Shown here: positions 1 through 9,702 of the stretch, in pieces
How positions within the stretch are numbered: position 1 is the first letter of the stretch
Layout of the letters: each line of letters opens with the position of its first letter
Assembly (NCBI GenBank): GCA_944359625.1
Contig: CALVSW010000003.1
Span: 42,174-106,173 of the forward strand
Origin: an uncultured Bacilli bacterium
GTDB taxonomy: Bacteria; Bacillota_I; Bacilli_A; RF39; UBA660
DNA length: 64,000 nt
Direction: 5' to 3'
Position numbers and translations under genes: made by a program
Notes under the pieces: generated by a model
The model's input: only the letters and a program-made list of their open reading frames with translations
Database searches by the model: none
Told to the model about the DNA's origin: nothing

Positions 1-432
1 TAATTTTAATGTTAACCAAGCCTCTTCTATTTTTCTTTGCCAAGTTTTATCAAAATCAAGATATAAATTTTTTACATATTGTTGTGAAATAGTAGAAGCA
101 CCACCAACTATTTGTCCGGTTGTAAAATTATCTATTAAAGTTTTAATTATTCTTAAATAATCAAAACCATTATGGTTATAAAAATTTTTATCTTCGATAC
201 TAATTACTGCATCGATAAAATATGGTGAAACATCTTCTAAAGCAACCCATTTGGTATTTCCACTACCTTGATAAATGATGCTATTATTCTTATCATATAT
301 ATAATATTGTCCTGTATTACGAATATCTAGAATTGGACTAAAATATGCCATAACATATAAGCCAATTATTCCTAAGATTCCGATAATAAATAGGCATATA
401 TTTATCTTTACTAAACGTTTAATAGTTTTCAA
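1..432 (-). CDS. Class A penicillin-binding protein / GT51 peptidoglycan glycosyltransferase, N-terminal part (gene continues past window start)
   Basis: Not in ORF track because it runs off the edge. Reverse translation from TTG at 432 gives LKTIKRLVKINICLFIIGILGIIG (TM anchor), then EDKNFYNHNGFD, GASTISQQYVKNLYL and RKIEEAWL, which are GT51 motifs. RBS GGTGG lies upstream. Confidence 0.75.
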   Translation of the reverse strand, partial: MKTIKRLVKINICLFIIGILGIIGLYVMAYFSPILDIRNTGQYYIYDKNNSIIYQGSGNTKWVALEDVSPYFIDAVISIEDKNFYNHNGFDYLRIIKTLIDNFTTGQIVGGASTISQQYVKNLYLDFDKTWQRKIEEAWLTLKL

Positions 433-496
433 ACTAACCACCTTTTTTTATTATGTAAAAAAAGTAATAATTTATGTAGTCATTTTTAATTGGCTA

Positions 497-505
497 TGTT
501 ATAAT
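497..505 (+). promoter_or_regulatory. Candidate extended -10 promoter (TGtTATAAT) for the DUF1934-argS operon
   Basis: TGTTATAAT at 497-505, about 28 nt upstream of the 533 start. The -35 is weak (TAGTCA). Confidence 0.3.
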
Positions 506-532
506 GTTCTAGAAAAAAAGGAGGTTTATGTT

Positions 533-889
533 TTGAGTAGTAAATTAGGTTTAAATATTTTAAAAAATAATGATTTAATTTATTCAAAAAAAAGTATTCC
601 TTTTATAAAAAATAATAATAGTCATACTTTTATAATAGATGGTATTAATACCCAAGTAGACTTAAATGATAAATCTTTAATTTTAAAAAGAGAAAATGAT
701 GAGTTTTTATTTTATTTAACTATTTCTTCGGAAAAAAATGAGTGTACTTATTTATTAAAAGAAGTTAATACAAATTTTGAAATAAAAGTTGATTATGCAA
801 ACTATAAATTTGATAAAGATAAATTAACAATTAATTATCAAATTGAAACAGATGAGTTTTTAACAACTTTAGAAATTTTATTTGAGTAG
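533..889 (+). CDS. Small beta-rich protein, probably DUF1934 (YwiB-like)
   Basis: 118 aa with a strong RBS (AAGGAGG). It sits immediately upstream of argS, as ywiB does in Bacillus. Sequence resemblance is weak. Confidence 0.45.
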   Translation: MSSKLGLNILKNNDLIYSKKSIPFIKNNNSHTFIIDGINTQVDLNDKSLILKRENDEFLFYLTISSEKNECTYLLKEVNTNFEIKVDYANYKFDKDKLTINYQIETDEFLTTLEILFE

Positions 890-897
890 GTGATAGA

Positions 898-2508
898 ATG
901 AAAAAATTAATTCAAGATGTAATTTATGAAGCATTAACTAAACTTAATATAACTTATTCTGAAGATATAGTTATTTTGGAACCTAAAAAAAAGGAAAATG
1001 GTGATTTTTCAACTAATATTGCTCTAAAATTAGCTGGTATTTTAAAGGAAGATGCCATAAGTATAGCTGATAAAATTTGTCAGAATATATCAAATGATCA
1101 TTTTAGTAAAGTAGAAGTTGTAAAACCAGGATTTATAAATTTTTTTGTTAGTAAATCTTACTTATTAAAAAATATAAATATAGTTTTAAAAGAAGGAAAA
1201 GACTATGGCCGTAATAACTTAGGATTAGGGAAAAAATATAATATTGAATTTGTTAGTGCTAATCCAACTGGAATTCTTCATTTAGGTAATGCTCGTGGTG
1301 GAGCATATGGAGATTCTCTATCCCGTATTTTAAGATTTTCTGGCTATGATGTAACTGAAGAGTATTATATTAATGATGCTGGTAATCAAGTTGATAACCT
1401 TGCTCTATCTATAATCGCACGTTATAAAAATATTTGTGGGATTCAAGCCGAAATACCAGAAAATGGATATCATGGTGAAGAAATAATCACTATAGCTAAG
1501 AATTTATATGATGAGTATAGTGATACTTTGTTAGATAAAGATTTAGAATATTTTAAAAAAATCGGTATAGATATCTTACTAGATAAAATAAAAAAAGTAT
1601 TAAAAGAGTATCGAATTAATTATGATGTTTATACTAGTGAAAAAGAAATCTATAAAAAACATCCGCTTGATAAAATAATAAATGAATTAACTAATAGAGG
1701 CTATACTTATAAAAAAGATGGGGCTTTATGGTTAAAAACAAGTGAATTAGGTGATGATAAAGATCATGTTTTAGTAAAAAATGATGGTAGTTATACATAT
1801 TTAATGCCAGATATTGCTTATCATATTGATAAAATTGAACGTGGTTATAATCATTTGATTGATGTTTTTGGTACTGATCACCATGGTTATGTAGCTAGGT
1901 TAAAAGGGGCTTTGAAAGCACTTGGATATGATAATAATATATTAGATGTTAAACTTCTTCAATTAGTTAAATTAATTTCTAATGGTCAAGAAGTAAAAAT
2001 GAGTAAAAGAACAGGAAAGATAGTATCTTTGCAAGAATTAATGGATATAACAGGTATAAATGCTGCAAGGTATTTCTTCTGTATGCATTCATTAGATACT
2101 CAAATGGATTTTGATTTAGATTTAGCAACTAAAAAGTCAAATGAAAATCCTGTATATTATGTTTGTTATGCTTATGCTAGAATTTGTAGTATTTTAAAAC
2201 AAAATAATGTTATTAAACCTGTAGAAGATTACCATAGCATTAATAGTGAAGAAGCATATAATGTTTTAGAACAAGTTTATAAATTTAAAGAAGTTGTTCT
2301 TAATGCTGCTAAAAAAGAGTTACCTCATTTAATTACTAATTATGCATATACTTTAGCTGAGGCTTTTCATTCATATTATTCTAAAAATAGAATTATTACT
2401 GATAATTTAGAAGAAACAAATGAAAATTTAAATATGATTCAAGCTGTTAAAGTAACTCTACTAAATGCATTAGAACTAATAGGCGTTATACCGCCTGAAA
2501 GTATGTAG
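898..2508 (+). CDS. argS: Arginine--tRNA ligase
   Basis: 536 aa. Class I HIGH-type motif ANPTGILHLGNARGG, KMSKS-type MSKRTG, and an ArgRS-like N-terminal domain and length. Confidence 0.95.
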   Translation: MKKLIQDVIYEALTKLNITYSEDIVILEPKKKENGDFSTNIALKLAGILKEDAISIADKICQNISNDHFSKVEVVKPGFINFFVSKSYLLKNINIVLKEGKDYGRNNLGLGKKYNIEFVSANPTGILHLGNARGGAYGDSLSRILRFSGYDVTEEYYINDAGNQVDNLALSIIARYKNICGIQAEIPENGYHGEEIITIAKNLYDEYSDTLLDKDLEYFKKIGIDILLDKIKKVLKEYRINYDVYTSEKEIYKKHPLDKIINELTNRGYTYKKDGALWLKTSELGDDKDHVLVKNDGSYTYLMPDIAYHIDKIERGYNHLIDVFGTDHHGYVARLKGALKALGYDNNILDVKLLQLVKLISNGQEVKMSKRTGKIVSLQELMDITGINAARYFFCMHSLDTQMDFDLDLATKKSNENPVYYVCYAYARICSILKQNNVIKPVEDYHSINSEEAYNVLEQVYKFKEVVLNAAKKELPHLITNYAYTLAEAFHSYYSKNRIITDNLEETNENLNMIQAVKVTLLNALELIGVIPPESM

Positions 2509-2519
2509 GAGGATATAAA

Positions 2520-2966
2520 ATGAAAATAAAAGATATGACTAAAGAAGAATTAGAAGCATTAAGTTATGATGATATTGCTTATTTAATATTAGAAGAAAGT
2601 GGTACTAAAACAAAAATTACTGATTTATTTCAAGAAGTATGTAATTTACTTGAATTAAGTCATGATGAATATGAAGCTAAAATTGCTGACTTTTTTCAAA
2701 TGCTATCTACGGATCAAAGATTTGTGATGTTAGAGAAAGGCTTTTGGGATTTAAAATCACGTCATCAAACTAAAATAATTCTTGATGATACTGATGAAGA
2801 AGACTTAGATGAAGAGAATATTGATGATACTGATGATATGGCTGAAGATAATGATGATGAAATCTTTTATGATGATGAAGAAAATGATGATGATAGTGAT
2901 GATGATTTAAAAGATTTAGTAATTGTTAATGAAGATGATGCCGATGAAGAAAATGGAAGCATGTAA
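2520..2966 (+). CDS. rpoE: DNA-directed RNA polymerase delta subunit
   Basis: N-terminal HARE-HTH-like region (LSYDDIAYLILEE...FFQMLSTDQRFVMLEKGFWDLKS) followed by a long D/E-rich acidic tail, as in B. subtilis RpoE. Confidence 0.85.
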   Translation: MKIKDMTKEELEALSYDDIAYLILEESGTKTKITDLFQEVCNLLELSHDEYEAKIADFFQMLSTDQRFVMLEKGFWDLKSRHQTKIILDDTDEEDLDEENIDDTDDMAEDNDDEIFYDDEENDDDSDDDLKDLVIVNEDDADEENGSM

Positions 2967-2999
2967 TAATGCTTTTTCTTTACTAAAGAAAGGATAAAA

Positions 3000-4055
3000 A
3001 TGAAAGATAGGTTAGAGACAATTATCAAGAAATACAATGAGCTTACTGAATTATTAACTAAACCAGAAGTATTAGCTGATTATAATAAATTAAAAAGTTT
3101 ATCAAAAGAACAAAAAGACTTAGAAGAAATAGTTAAAAAATATAGTGAATATCAAAAATGTGAACAAGATATTGAAGAAGCAAAAGAACTAGTTAATGAT
3201 CCTGAATTAAGAGATTTGGCTAATGAACAATTAGAAAAAGCCAATGAAAATCTTAGTAAATTAACAAAGGAATTAGAACTAATGTTAATTCCTAAAGATC
3301 CTTATGATGATAAAAATATCATAATGGAAATAAGGGGTGCAGCAGGTGGTGATGAAGCTAATATTTTTGCCGGCGATTTATTTAGAATGTATAGTAAATA
3401 TGCAGAAAAACAAGGATGGAAATTAGAAGTTTATCATGAAGTAGAAGGAACTGCTGGCGGCTATTCACAAATAGAATTTATGATAAAGGGTGAAAATGTT
3501 TATTCAAAATTAAAATTTGAAAGTGGTTCTCATCGTGTTCAAAGAGTACCAGTTACTGAAGCTCAAGGACGTGTTCATACATCAACTGCTACCGTTTTAG
3601 TAATGCCAGAAGTTGATATTGAAGAAGTAGAAATTAAAGAAAGCGACTTAAAAATTGATGTATATCATAGTAGTGGTGCAGGTGGCCAATCTGTAAATAC
3701 TTCAAATTCAGCTGTTCGTATTACACATATTCCTACTAATACTGTAGTAACTTGTCAGGTTGAAAGATCACAATTAAAAAACAAAGAAAAAGCAATGAAA
3801 ATGCTTGCTATTAAACTTCATGATGCGGCGATAGCAAAGTATGAAAATGAAGTTGGTAGTGCTAGAAAAAATAAGATAGGAACTGGAGATAGATCTGAAA
3901 AGATTCGTACTTACAATTATCCTCAAAATAGAGTAACTGATCATCGTATTAATTTTTCAATAATGGAATTAGATAAAGTTATGGAAGGTAATCTTGATCC
4001 AATTATAGAGGCTTTAATTACAGAAGAACAAAGATTAAAACTTTTAGGTGAATAA
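3000..4055 (+). CDS. prfA: Peptide chain release factor 1
   Basis: 351 aa with GGQ motif (SGAGGQSVN) and RF1-type PVT tripeptide (RVPVTEAQGRVHTS). Confidence 0.97.
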   Translation: MKDRLETIIKKYNELTELLTKPEVLADYNKLKSLSKEQKDLEEIVKKYSEYQKCEQDIEEAKELVNDPELRDLANEQLEKANENLSKLTKELELMLIPKDPYDDKNIIMEIRGAAGGDEANIFAGDLFRMYSKYAEKQGWKLEVYHEVEGTAGGYSQIEFMIKGENVYSKLKFESGSHRVQRVPVTEAQGRVHTSTATVLVMPEVDIEEVEIKESDLKIDVYHSSGAGGQSVNTSNSAVRITHIPTNTVVTCQVERSQLKNKEKAMKMLAIKLHDAAIAKYENEVGSARKNKIGTGDRSEKIRTYNYPQNRVTDHRINFSIMELDKVMEGNLDPIIEALITEEQRLKLLGE

Positions 4056-4056
4056 T

Positions 4057-4788
4057 ATGGAGAAGCCAAATAATATTTCGGATTTAGATTTCAGTATTTT
4101 AAAAAAATTATATCCAAATAATATGGATGATATTATAAAAAAGTTAAATGCTAACTATCCAGTCCAATATTTAATAGGTAATGTAAATTTTTATGGATAT
4201 CAAATAAATGTCGATGAAAGAGTACTTATTCCTCGCTTTGAAACTGAGTGGTTAGTAGATAAAACTATTAAATTAATAAAAGAATTAGACTTAAAACCTA
4301 AAATTATTGATATTTGTACAGGTAGTGGGGCAATAGCAATCGCTTTAAGTAAAGAATTAGATTGTGAAGTTACAGCTTTAGACATATCAAAACCAGCAAT
4401 TGATTTAGCAATAGAAAATACTATATTAAATAATGCCAATGTTAAGTATTTAATTAAAGATATTAAAAATTGTGATATTGAAGGAAAATATAATGTAATA
4501 ATTAGTAACCCTCCATATTTAAAAAAAGAAGATAAAGTAGCTCCTCAGACAAAATATGAACCGCAAATTAGTTTATATGCTAATGATAATGGTTTGGAAT
4601 TTTATAAAATTATTATTGATAAAAGTCGTAGTATTTTAGAAGATAGGTTTTTAATTGCTTTTGAAATAGGAGATTTAGAAGGTGATGATATTATAAATTA
4701 TGCTAAAACAGTATATCCTAATGCTAATATATTTTGTCAAAAAGATTTAAATAATTATGAACGTTATCTTTTTATCGTAAATGATTAA
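4057..4788 (+). CDS. prmC: Release factor glutamine N5-methyltransferase (HemK/PrmC)
   Basis: SAM-binding DICTGSGAIA and NPPY motif, located downstream of prfA. ORF opens at 4048; the ATG at 4057 follows RBS AGGTGA and the prfA stop. Confidence 0.9.
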   Translation: MEKPNNISDLDFSILKKLYPNNMDDIIKKLNANYPVQYLIGNVNFYGYQINVDERVLIPRFETEWLVDKTIKLIKELDLKPKIIDICTGSGAIAIALSKELDCEVTALDISKPAIDLAIENTILNNANVKYLIKDIKNCDIEGKYNVIISNPPYLKKEDKVAPQTKYEPQISLYANDNGLEFYKIIIDKSRSILEDRFLIAFEIGDLEGDDIINYAKTVYPNANIFCQKDLNNYERYLFIVND

Positions 4789-4829
4789 AATTTAAAGTAA
4801 ACACTCAATATAAAGTTGGGTGATTTTAT

Positions 4830-5336
4830 TTGAAAAAATTAATTATTTTACTGGCCTTTATATCTTTTATCTTTTTATTAACTTCAAATTCATCTTTAGA
4901 AATTCCAACAGAGTCAATCAGGTTTAGAATAATTGCATCATCTAATTCTTTTAAAGATCAGCAATTAAAACAAAAGATAAAAAACGATTTAGTTAATAAT
5001 ATTATTCCTAATATTTTAACTGATGTATCTATTCAAGAATCTAAAAATTTAATTAATAATTCAATTAATAAAATAGAAGATATATTAAATAAGTATGATA
5101 TAAGTTATAAAATCAATTTTGGGCAAAATTTTTTTCCCCAAAAAAATTATCAAGGAATAACTTATCCCGCTGGTAATTATGAATCATTAGTAATTACTTT
5201 AGGAGAAGGTTTAGGTGATAATTGGTGGTGTGTGCTATATCCTCCCTTGTGTCTTATTGAAAATAATTTTGATAGTTCAAATATTGAATATCGTTCTTAT
5301 ATTAAAGATATTATTCTAAAAAATAATCACCATTAA
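4830..5336 (+). CDS. spoIIR: Stage II sporulation protein R
   Basis: Signal/TM N-terminus. IRFRIIASSNSFKDQQLKQKI and WWCVLYPPLCL are characteristic SpoIIR motifs. Confidence 0.8.
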   Translation: MKKLIILLAFISFIFLLTSNSSLEIPTESIRFRIIASSNSFKDQQLKQKIKNDLVNNIIPNILTDVSIQESKNLINNSINKIEDILNKYDISYKINFGQNFFPQKNYQGITYPAGNYESLVITLGEGLGDNWWCVLYPPLCLIENNFDSSNIEYRSYIKDIILKNNHH

Positions 5337-5349
5337 TATATATAGATAG

Positions 5350-5877
5350 GTGATTTTTTTGTTGCTATTATTTACGATAGGATTAGCATTAAGTATGGAT
5401 ACATTTTCCTTAGCCCTTTCACTAGGAACTCTTAACTTAAATAAAAAAAATATTTTATTATTTACAACCTTAGTAGGATTACTCCATTTTATGTTACCTC
5501 TTTTATCAAGAAGAGTTGGAACATATATATTTTTTATTAATCCAGATAAATTACTTGGGATAATTTTTTTATTTCTTTTTTTAAAACTAACTTTTGAATT
5601 AAGAAAAGAAGAAAAAATAGAATTAAATATAAATTTTATTTCTTTATTTATATTAGCCATATCTGTAAGTTTAGATAGCTTTTCAACTGGCCTTGGCCTA
5701 GCCAAAATTTCTAGTAGTATTTTTTTGCCATCATTAATATTTTTATTAGAAAGCTCTTTTTTTACCTTACTAGGTTTGCTTATTGGTAAAAATGCTAATC
5801 AATCTTTAGGAAAAGTTGCAAATTATTTTGGCCTTTTCTTATTACTTATGTTATCAATAATTCATTTGGTTAAGTAA
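5350..5877 (+). CDS. MntP/YtaF-family (DUF204) membrane protein, sporulation YtaF-like
   Basis: Polytopic, with duplicated motif LALSMDTFSLALSLG / LAISVSLDSFSTGLGLA typical of the MntP/YtaF family. Confidence 0.7.
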   Translation: MIFLLLLFTIGLALSMDTFSLALSLGTLNLNKKNILLFTTLVGLLHFMLPLLSRRVGTYIFFINPDKLLGIIFLFLFLKLTFELRKEEKIELNINFISLFILAISVSLDSFSTGLGLAKISSSIFLPSLIFLLESSFFTLLGLLIGKNANQSLGKVANYFGLFLLLMLSIIHLVK

Positions 5878-5936
5878 ATATCTAATATTTTTTAATTTTT
5901 TATGATAAAATTAAGTGAAAGGAAGAAAGTGTATAT

Positions 5937-7187
5937 ATGTCAAAATTATTAATTGAGGGTGGACATACGTTATCTGGTGTAATTAATGTAAGTGGTGCTA
6001 AAAATAGTGTAGTAGCCATAATTCCAGCCTCTATTTTAGCTGAAAATAATGCTATTATAGAAAATGTACCTAATATATCTGATACTAATGATTTAATAGA
6101 TATTTTAAAATTATTAGGAGTTAATTGTGAATTTTCAGATAATATTTTAAAAACGGATACTTCTAATATAAAAAATATGTTAATTCCTGCTGAATTATCT
6201 ACTAAATTACGTGCTTCATATTATTTTATGGGGGCTTTATTAGCAAAATATCATCATGCTGAATTATACTATCCAGGTGGTTGTAATATAGGGGCAAGAC
6301 CAATTGATATTCATTTAAAAAGTTTTGAAAAAATGGGGGTTAAAATAACTTGTTTAGATGATAAGTATGTTTTAGATGCTAAGCATCTTACCGGTGCCGA
6401 TATTGAATTACGTTTTCCTTCAGTAGGAGCAACAATCAATATTATGCTAGCAGCAAGTAAGGCTGATGGTGTTACAAAGATACGTAATGCCGCTATGGAG
6501 CCAGAAATAGTTAATGTTGCAGAATTTTTAAATAGTATGGGTGCAAAAGTAGTTGGTGCTGGTACAAAAGAAATTATTATTACCGGTGTCGATAAATTTA
6601 CTAATGGTAGTGTTAAAATAATTCCCGATCGTATTGAAGCTGGTACCTATTTATTAGCTGGATCTTTAATTGGTAAAAATCTTACAGTAAATAATTTAAA
6701 TCCAAAACATTTAGAGGCTCTTATAAGTAAATTACAAGCGTCTGGAGTTATTATGGATATAGAAGATAATAAGATAACTGTTACTTCATCAAAAAAAATA
6801 CTACCAATAAATGTAAAAACCTTAGTTTATCCAGGATTTGTTACAGATTTAGGCCAACCTATGCAAGTGTTTTTAGCTCGCTGTAATGGTACTTCTTTAT
6901 TTGAAGAAACTATTTATGAAAATCGTATGCAACACATTAAATATTTACAAAAAATGGGTGCTAAAATAGAGTTAAATAATAATATTGCTTTAATTAAAGG
7001 ACCATGTCATTTACATGGCGCTAATGTAACAGCAACTGATTTAAGAGCTGGTGCTACTTTAGTATTAGCAGCATTAATTGCTAAAGGAATCACAAAGATA
7101 GATGGAGTAAAACACATATTACGTGGATATGATAGCTTACCTATTAAATTACAACAAGTAGGTGCTAAAATTACTATAATAGAATAA
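5937..7187 (+). CDS. murA: UDP-N-acetylglucosamine 1-carboxyvinyltransferase
   Basis: 416 aa. GAKNSVVAIIPASILA, active-site Cys loop GGCNIGARPID, and a MurA-like C-terminus. Confidence 0.95.
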   Translation: MSKLLIEGGHTLSGVINVSGAKNSVVAIIPASILAENNAIIENVPNISDTNDLIDILKLLGVNCEFSDNILKTDTSNIKNMLIPAELSTKLRASYYFMGALLAKYHHAELYYPGGCNIGARPIDIHLKSFEKMGVKITCLDDKYVLDAKHLTGADIELRFPSVGATINIMLAASKADGVTKIRNAAMEPEIVNVAEFLNSMGAKVVGAGTKEIIITGVDKFTNGSVKIIPDRIEAGTYLLAGSLIGKNLTVNNLNPKHLEALISKLQASGVIMDIEDNKITVTSSKKILPINVKTLVYPGFVTDLGQPMQVFLARCNGTSLFEETIYENRMQHIKYLQKMGAKIELNNNIALIKGPCHLHGANVTATDLRAGATLVLAALIAKGITKIDGVKHILRGYDSLPIKLQQVGAKITIIE

Positions 7188-7217
7188 AATTAATTATAGT
7201 TATTGGTGGGGGCATAT

Positions 7218-7766
7218 ATGCGTATAAAAATTTTCTTTTTAATACTAGCATCTTTCTTTTTAACATATTTAATATTTACTACTAACATTGAAAATAAAAT
7301 TTCTATTATGAGTTTCTATGATCGAACAACAACCCCTTCGCCTAATTTTAATGATTATTTAAAATCATTACTTGAAAATACTATAGATTTTACTTATACA
7401 GAATATACAAAAAAGAATTTAGAAATTGAAAATGTAATAGCAAGTATAAAAGAAAATGAAAATAATATTCATGAAAAAATTCATGATTCTAAAATTTTAA
7501 TAATTTATTTAGGAGAGTTTGAACTATTAAAAGAAGAAATGAATATAAGCGAATTAACTGCCAACTTAAATATTTTGTTTAAAGAATTAAGAAAATTAAA
7601 TAATTATCAGATTATATATATTTCTCCCCCTAGTTTATCAATGATATATAGTATAAAAGATCTTTGCAAATCAAAAAATATTAATTTTTTAGCATCTTCT
7701 AGTAATCAAGATATTATTGCTAAAAATATTAAAAAAAATATAACTACTGCTTGGAATATTTTTTAG
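7218..7766 (+). CDS. Hypothetical membrane-anchored protein
   Basis: N-terminal TM helix and RBS GGTGGGGG before the ATG at 7218. No recognisable motif. Confidence 0.4.
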   Translation: MRIKIFFLILASFFLTYLIFTTNIENKISIMSFYDRTTTPSPNFNDYLKSLLENTIDFTYTEYTKKNLEIENVIASIKENENNIHEKIHDSKILIIYLGEFELLKEEMNISELTANLNILFKELRKLNNYQIIYISPPSLSMIYSIKDLCKSKNINFLASSSNQDIIAKNIKKNITTAWNIF

Positions 7767-7794
7767 TTGAATTTTTGCTAACATATGATATAAT
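7767..7794 (+). promoter_or_regulatory. Sigma-A type promoter of rpmE (TTGAAT-16-TGaTATAAT)
   Basis: TTGAAT at 7767-7772, TATAAT at 7789-7794 with an upstream TG, about 55 nt before the rpmE start. Confidence 0.55.
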
Positions 7795-7849
7795 ACTTTA
7801 GACGGAATATTCTATGTTAAAATTTTTAACATGGCGGAAGGAGAGTAAA

Positions 7850-8059
7850 ATGAAAAAGAATTTACATCCAGAAATGCATGAAGTAGAAGTACGTTGTGCA
7901 TGTGGAAATACTTTTACGGTTAAATCAACAAAATCTAGTATTCAATGTGATGTATGTAGTGCATGTCATCCATTTTATACTGGTAGTCAAGCTAAGGTTA
8001 AAAAGACTGGATCAGTAGAAAAATTTAATCGTAAATATGGTTTAAATCAAGAAAAGTAA
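7850..8059 (+). CDS. rpmE: 50S ribosomal protein L31 (Zn-ribbon type A)
   Basis: MKKNLHPEMHEVEVRCACGNTF...CDVCSACHPFYTG. The true start is the ATG at 7850 after RBS GGAGAG. Confidence 0.95.
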   Translation: MKKNLHPEMHEVEVRCACGNTFTVKSTKSSIQCDVCSACHPFYTGSQAKVKKTGSVEKFNRKYGLNQEK

Positions 8060-8063
8060 TTAA

Positions 8064-8095
8064 AACTGCAAAATTAATTGTAGTTTTTTTTTTTA
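8064..8095 (+). terminator. Rho-independent terminator after rpmE
   Basis: Hairpin AACTGCAA/TTGTAGTT followed by a T-run of about 12. Confidence 0.7.
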
Positions 8096-8114
8096 TTTTA
8101 TATAATTAAGAGGG

Positions 8115-9074
8115 ATGATTGTGATGGGGCAAAGCTTTTGGAAAATAGTCAATTATATTAATGCAGAAACTGATATATCTAAAATTAAAATATTTTTTGA
8201 TATCTTAAAGTGTAATATTAAGTATGGATTTAGTCCAATTGATTATAATATCTATAAAGCTTACAATATAACAGAGGAATTAAGAAAGAATATATTAACT
8301 AAACGTGAAAATAAAAAATTGAGGATAAAATATAATAAAATTAAAGATATTAATGCTTTTAAAAATAGAGAAATCTTTAATAAAAAATTTAATTTATATT
8401 TAGGATTTAATTGGTTATATTTAAATGGTACTAATATAAAAGATTATTATAATTTTATTAAAGATAAAAATATTATTTATGCTCTACCAATAAATTTAAG
8501 TGATAAATCATGGAAAAAAGTAAATATAAATTTAAAAAATTATACTAATACTTATAATGATTTAGTTTTATCAAAATATTCGATAGTTATAGATAATTTT
8601 TTTCAAAATAAAGCTTTGGCTAAATTAAATTCTTTTTCTTTAAATATTATTAGATTTATTGTTTTAAATGGTAATATCTATAGTTGCTATTTAATTACTT
8701 CTAAAGATAAAGAAAGTATAATTAAAAATAATAACATTTATGCTTCCATCAATTTAGAAACAGGTATAATCGATTATAAAGGAATAACTATATATCAAGA
8801 TACATATGAAATTCATCCGTTATCAAACGAAAAAATAGTTAATTTTCAAATTCCTAAATGGCCTCGTAGTAAAAGGTTAGTTTGTAAAGTAGCAGAAATA
8901 GTAAAAGAATTAAAATATTTAGAAATAGATATTACGATAAGTGAAGATAAACCTATTTTATTAAATGTTAATCCCTTTCCCAATTATCAAATAGTCCAAC
9001 TTCTTAATTTAGTAAATTATTCAACTGGATTAAAAAGTAATATTAATTATTTATTAAAGGAGAAAAATAAATGA
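8115..9074 (+). CDS. Hypothetical protein (weak resemblance to sugar-transfer-associated ATP-grasp proteins)
   Basis: 319-aa ORF between rpmE and rpiB, overlapping the rpiB start by 4 nt. Assignment rests on N-terminal resemblance only; an alternative start is at 8124. Confidence 0.3.
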   Translation: MIVMGQSFWKIVNYINAETDISKIKIFFDILKCNIKYGFSPIDYNIYKAYNITEELRKNILTKRENKKLRIKYNKIKDINAFKNREIFNKKFNLYLGFNWLYLNGTNIKDYYNFIKDKNIIYALPINLSDKSWKKVNINLKNYTNTYNDLVLSKYSIVIDNFFQNKALAKLNSFSLNIIRFIVLNGNIYSCYLITSKDKESIIKNNNIYASINLETGIIDYKGITIYQDTYEIHPLSNEKIVNFQIPKWPRSKRLVCKVAEIVKELKYLEIDITISEDKPILLNVNPFPNYQIVQLLNLVNYSTGLKSNINYLLKEKNK

Positions 9075-9520
9075 AAATATACATAGCATGTGACCATCGT
9101 GGAGTGGAAATAAAAAAATTCTTAAAAGAAAAATTACAAAAAGAATATGAAATTATTGAGTCTAATTTACCTAATAATGCTAATGATGATTATCCTGATT
9201 TTGCTTTTGACATATGTAATTTAATGAATAAAAATGAGGATAAAGCTATTTTAATATGCGGAACTGGAATAGGTATTTCAATTGCAGCCAATAAAGTTAA
9301 AGGAATACGTTGTGGAAGAGTTTTAAATGTTGTAGATGCTAAGTTAGCTCGTGAACATAATGATTGTAATGCTATTGCACTTTCTGCTTCATTAACAAAT
9401 GATCAAGCATTGGAGATTGTAAAAGCTTTTTTACAAACTAATACTTCTAATTTAGAAAAACATCAAAGAAGAGTAAAAAAAATCATATCTTATGAAGAAG
9501 GAACATATAATGGATCATAA
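9071..9520 (+). CDS. rpiB: Ribose-5-phosphate isomerase B
   Basis: 149 aa. MKIYIACDHRGVEIK and CGTGIGISIAANKVKGIRC are RpiB/LacAB signatures. Confidence 0.9.
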   Translation: MKIYIACDHRGVEIKKFLKEKLQKEYEIIESNLPNNANDDYPDFAFDICNLMNKNEDKAILICGTGIGISIAANKVKGIRCGRVLNVVDAKLAREHNDCNAIALSASLTNDQALEIVKAFLQTNTSNLEKHQRRVKKIISYEEGTYNGS

Positions 9521-9692
9521 AACAATATTATATACTATAAATTTGTTTTTAAGTATGTTTGTACTTAGTGGAATTAATTTTGATAAAATAATGAAAAGAA
9601 ATAAAGTTATTGAAGCAAGATTATTAATTTTGGTACTTGGTTTTGCTATTAGTTATTTGATAACAAATTTTATGGTTGATTTTATTTCTTAA
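9510..9692 (+). CDS. DUF1146 (YwzB-like) small membrane protein
   Basis: Two TM helices; the motif INFDKIMKRNKVIEARLLILVL resembles B. subtilis YwzB. Its position upstream of spoIID is conserved. Confidence 0.55.
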   Translation: MDHKTILYTINLFLSMFVLSGINFDKIMKRNKVIEARLLILVLGFAISYLITNFMVDFIS

Positions 9693-9702
9693 AAGGATCG
9701 AT

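Noticed and set aside
433-532. T-box leader upstream of the argS operon
   Set aside because: The intergenic region is only about 100 nt, far too short for a T-box, and shows no specifier or T-box motif. argS is also preceded by another ORF.
2790-2960. GAT/GAA-rich tandem-like repeats
   Set aside because: They encode the acidic D/E tail of RpoE. This is a compositional feature of the protein, not a DNA repeat element.
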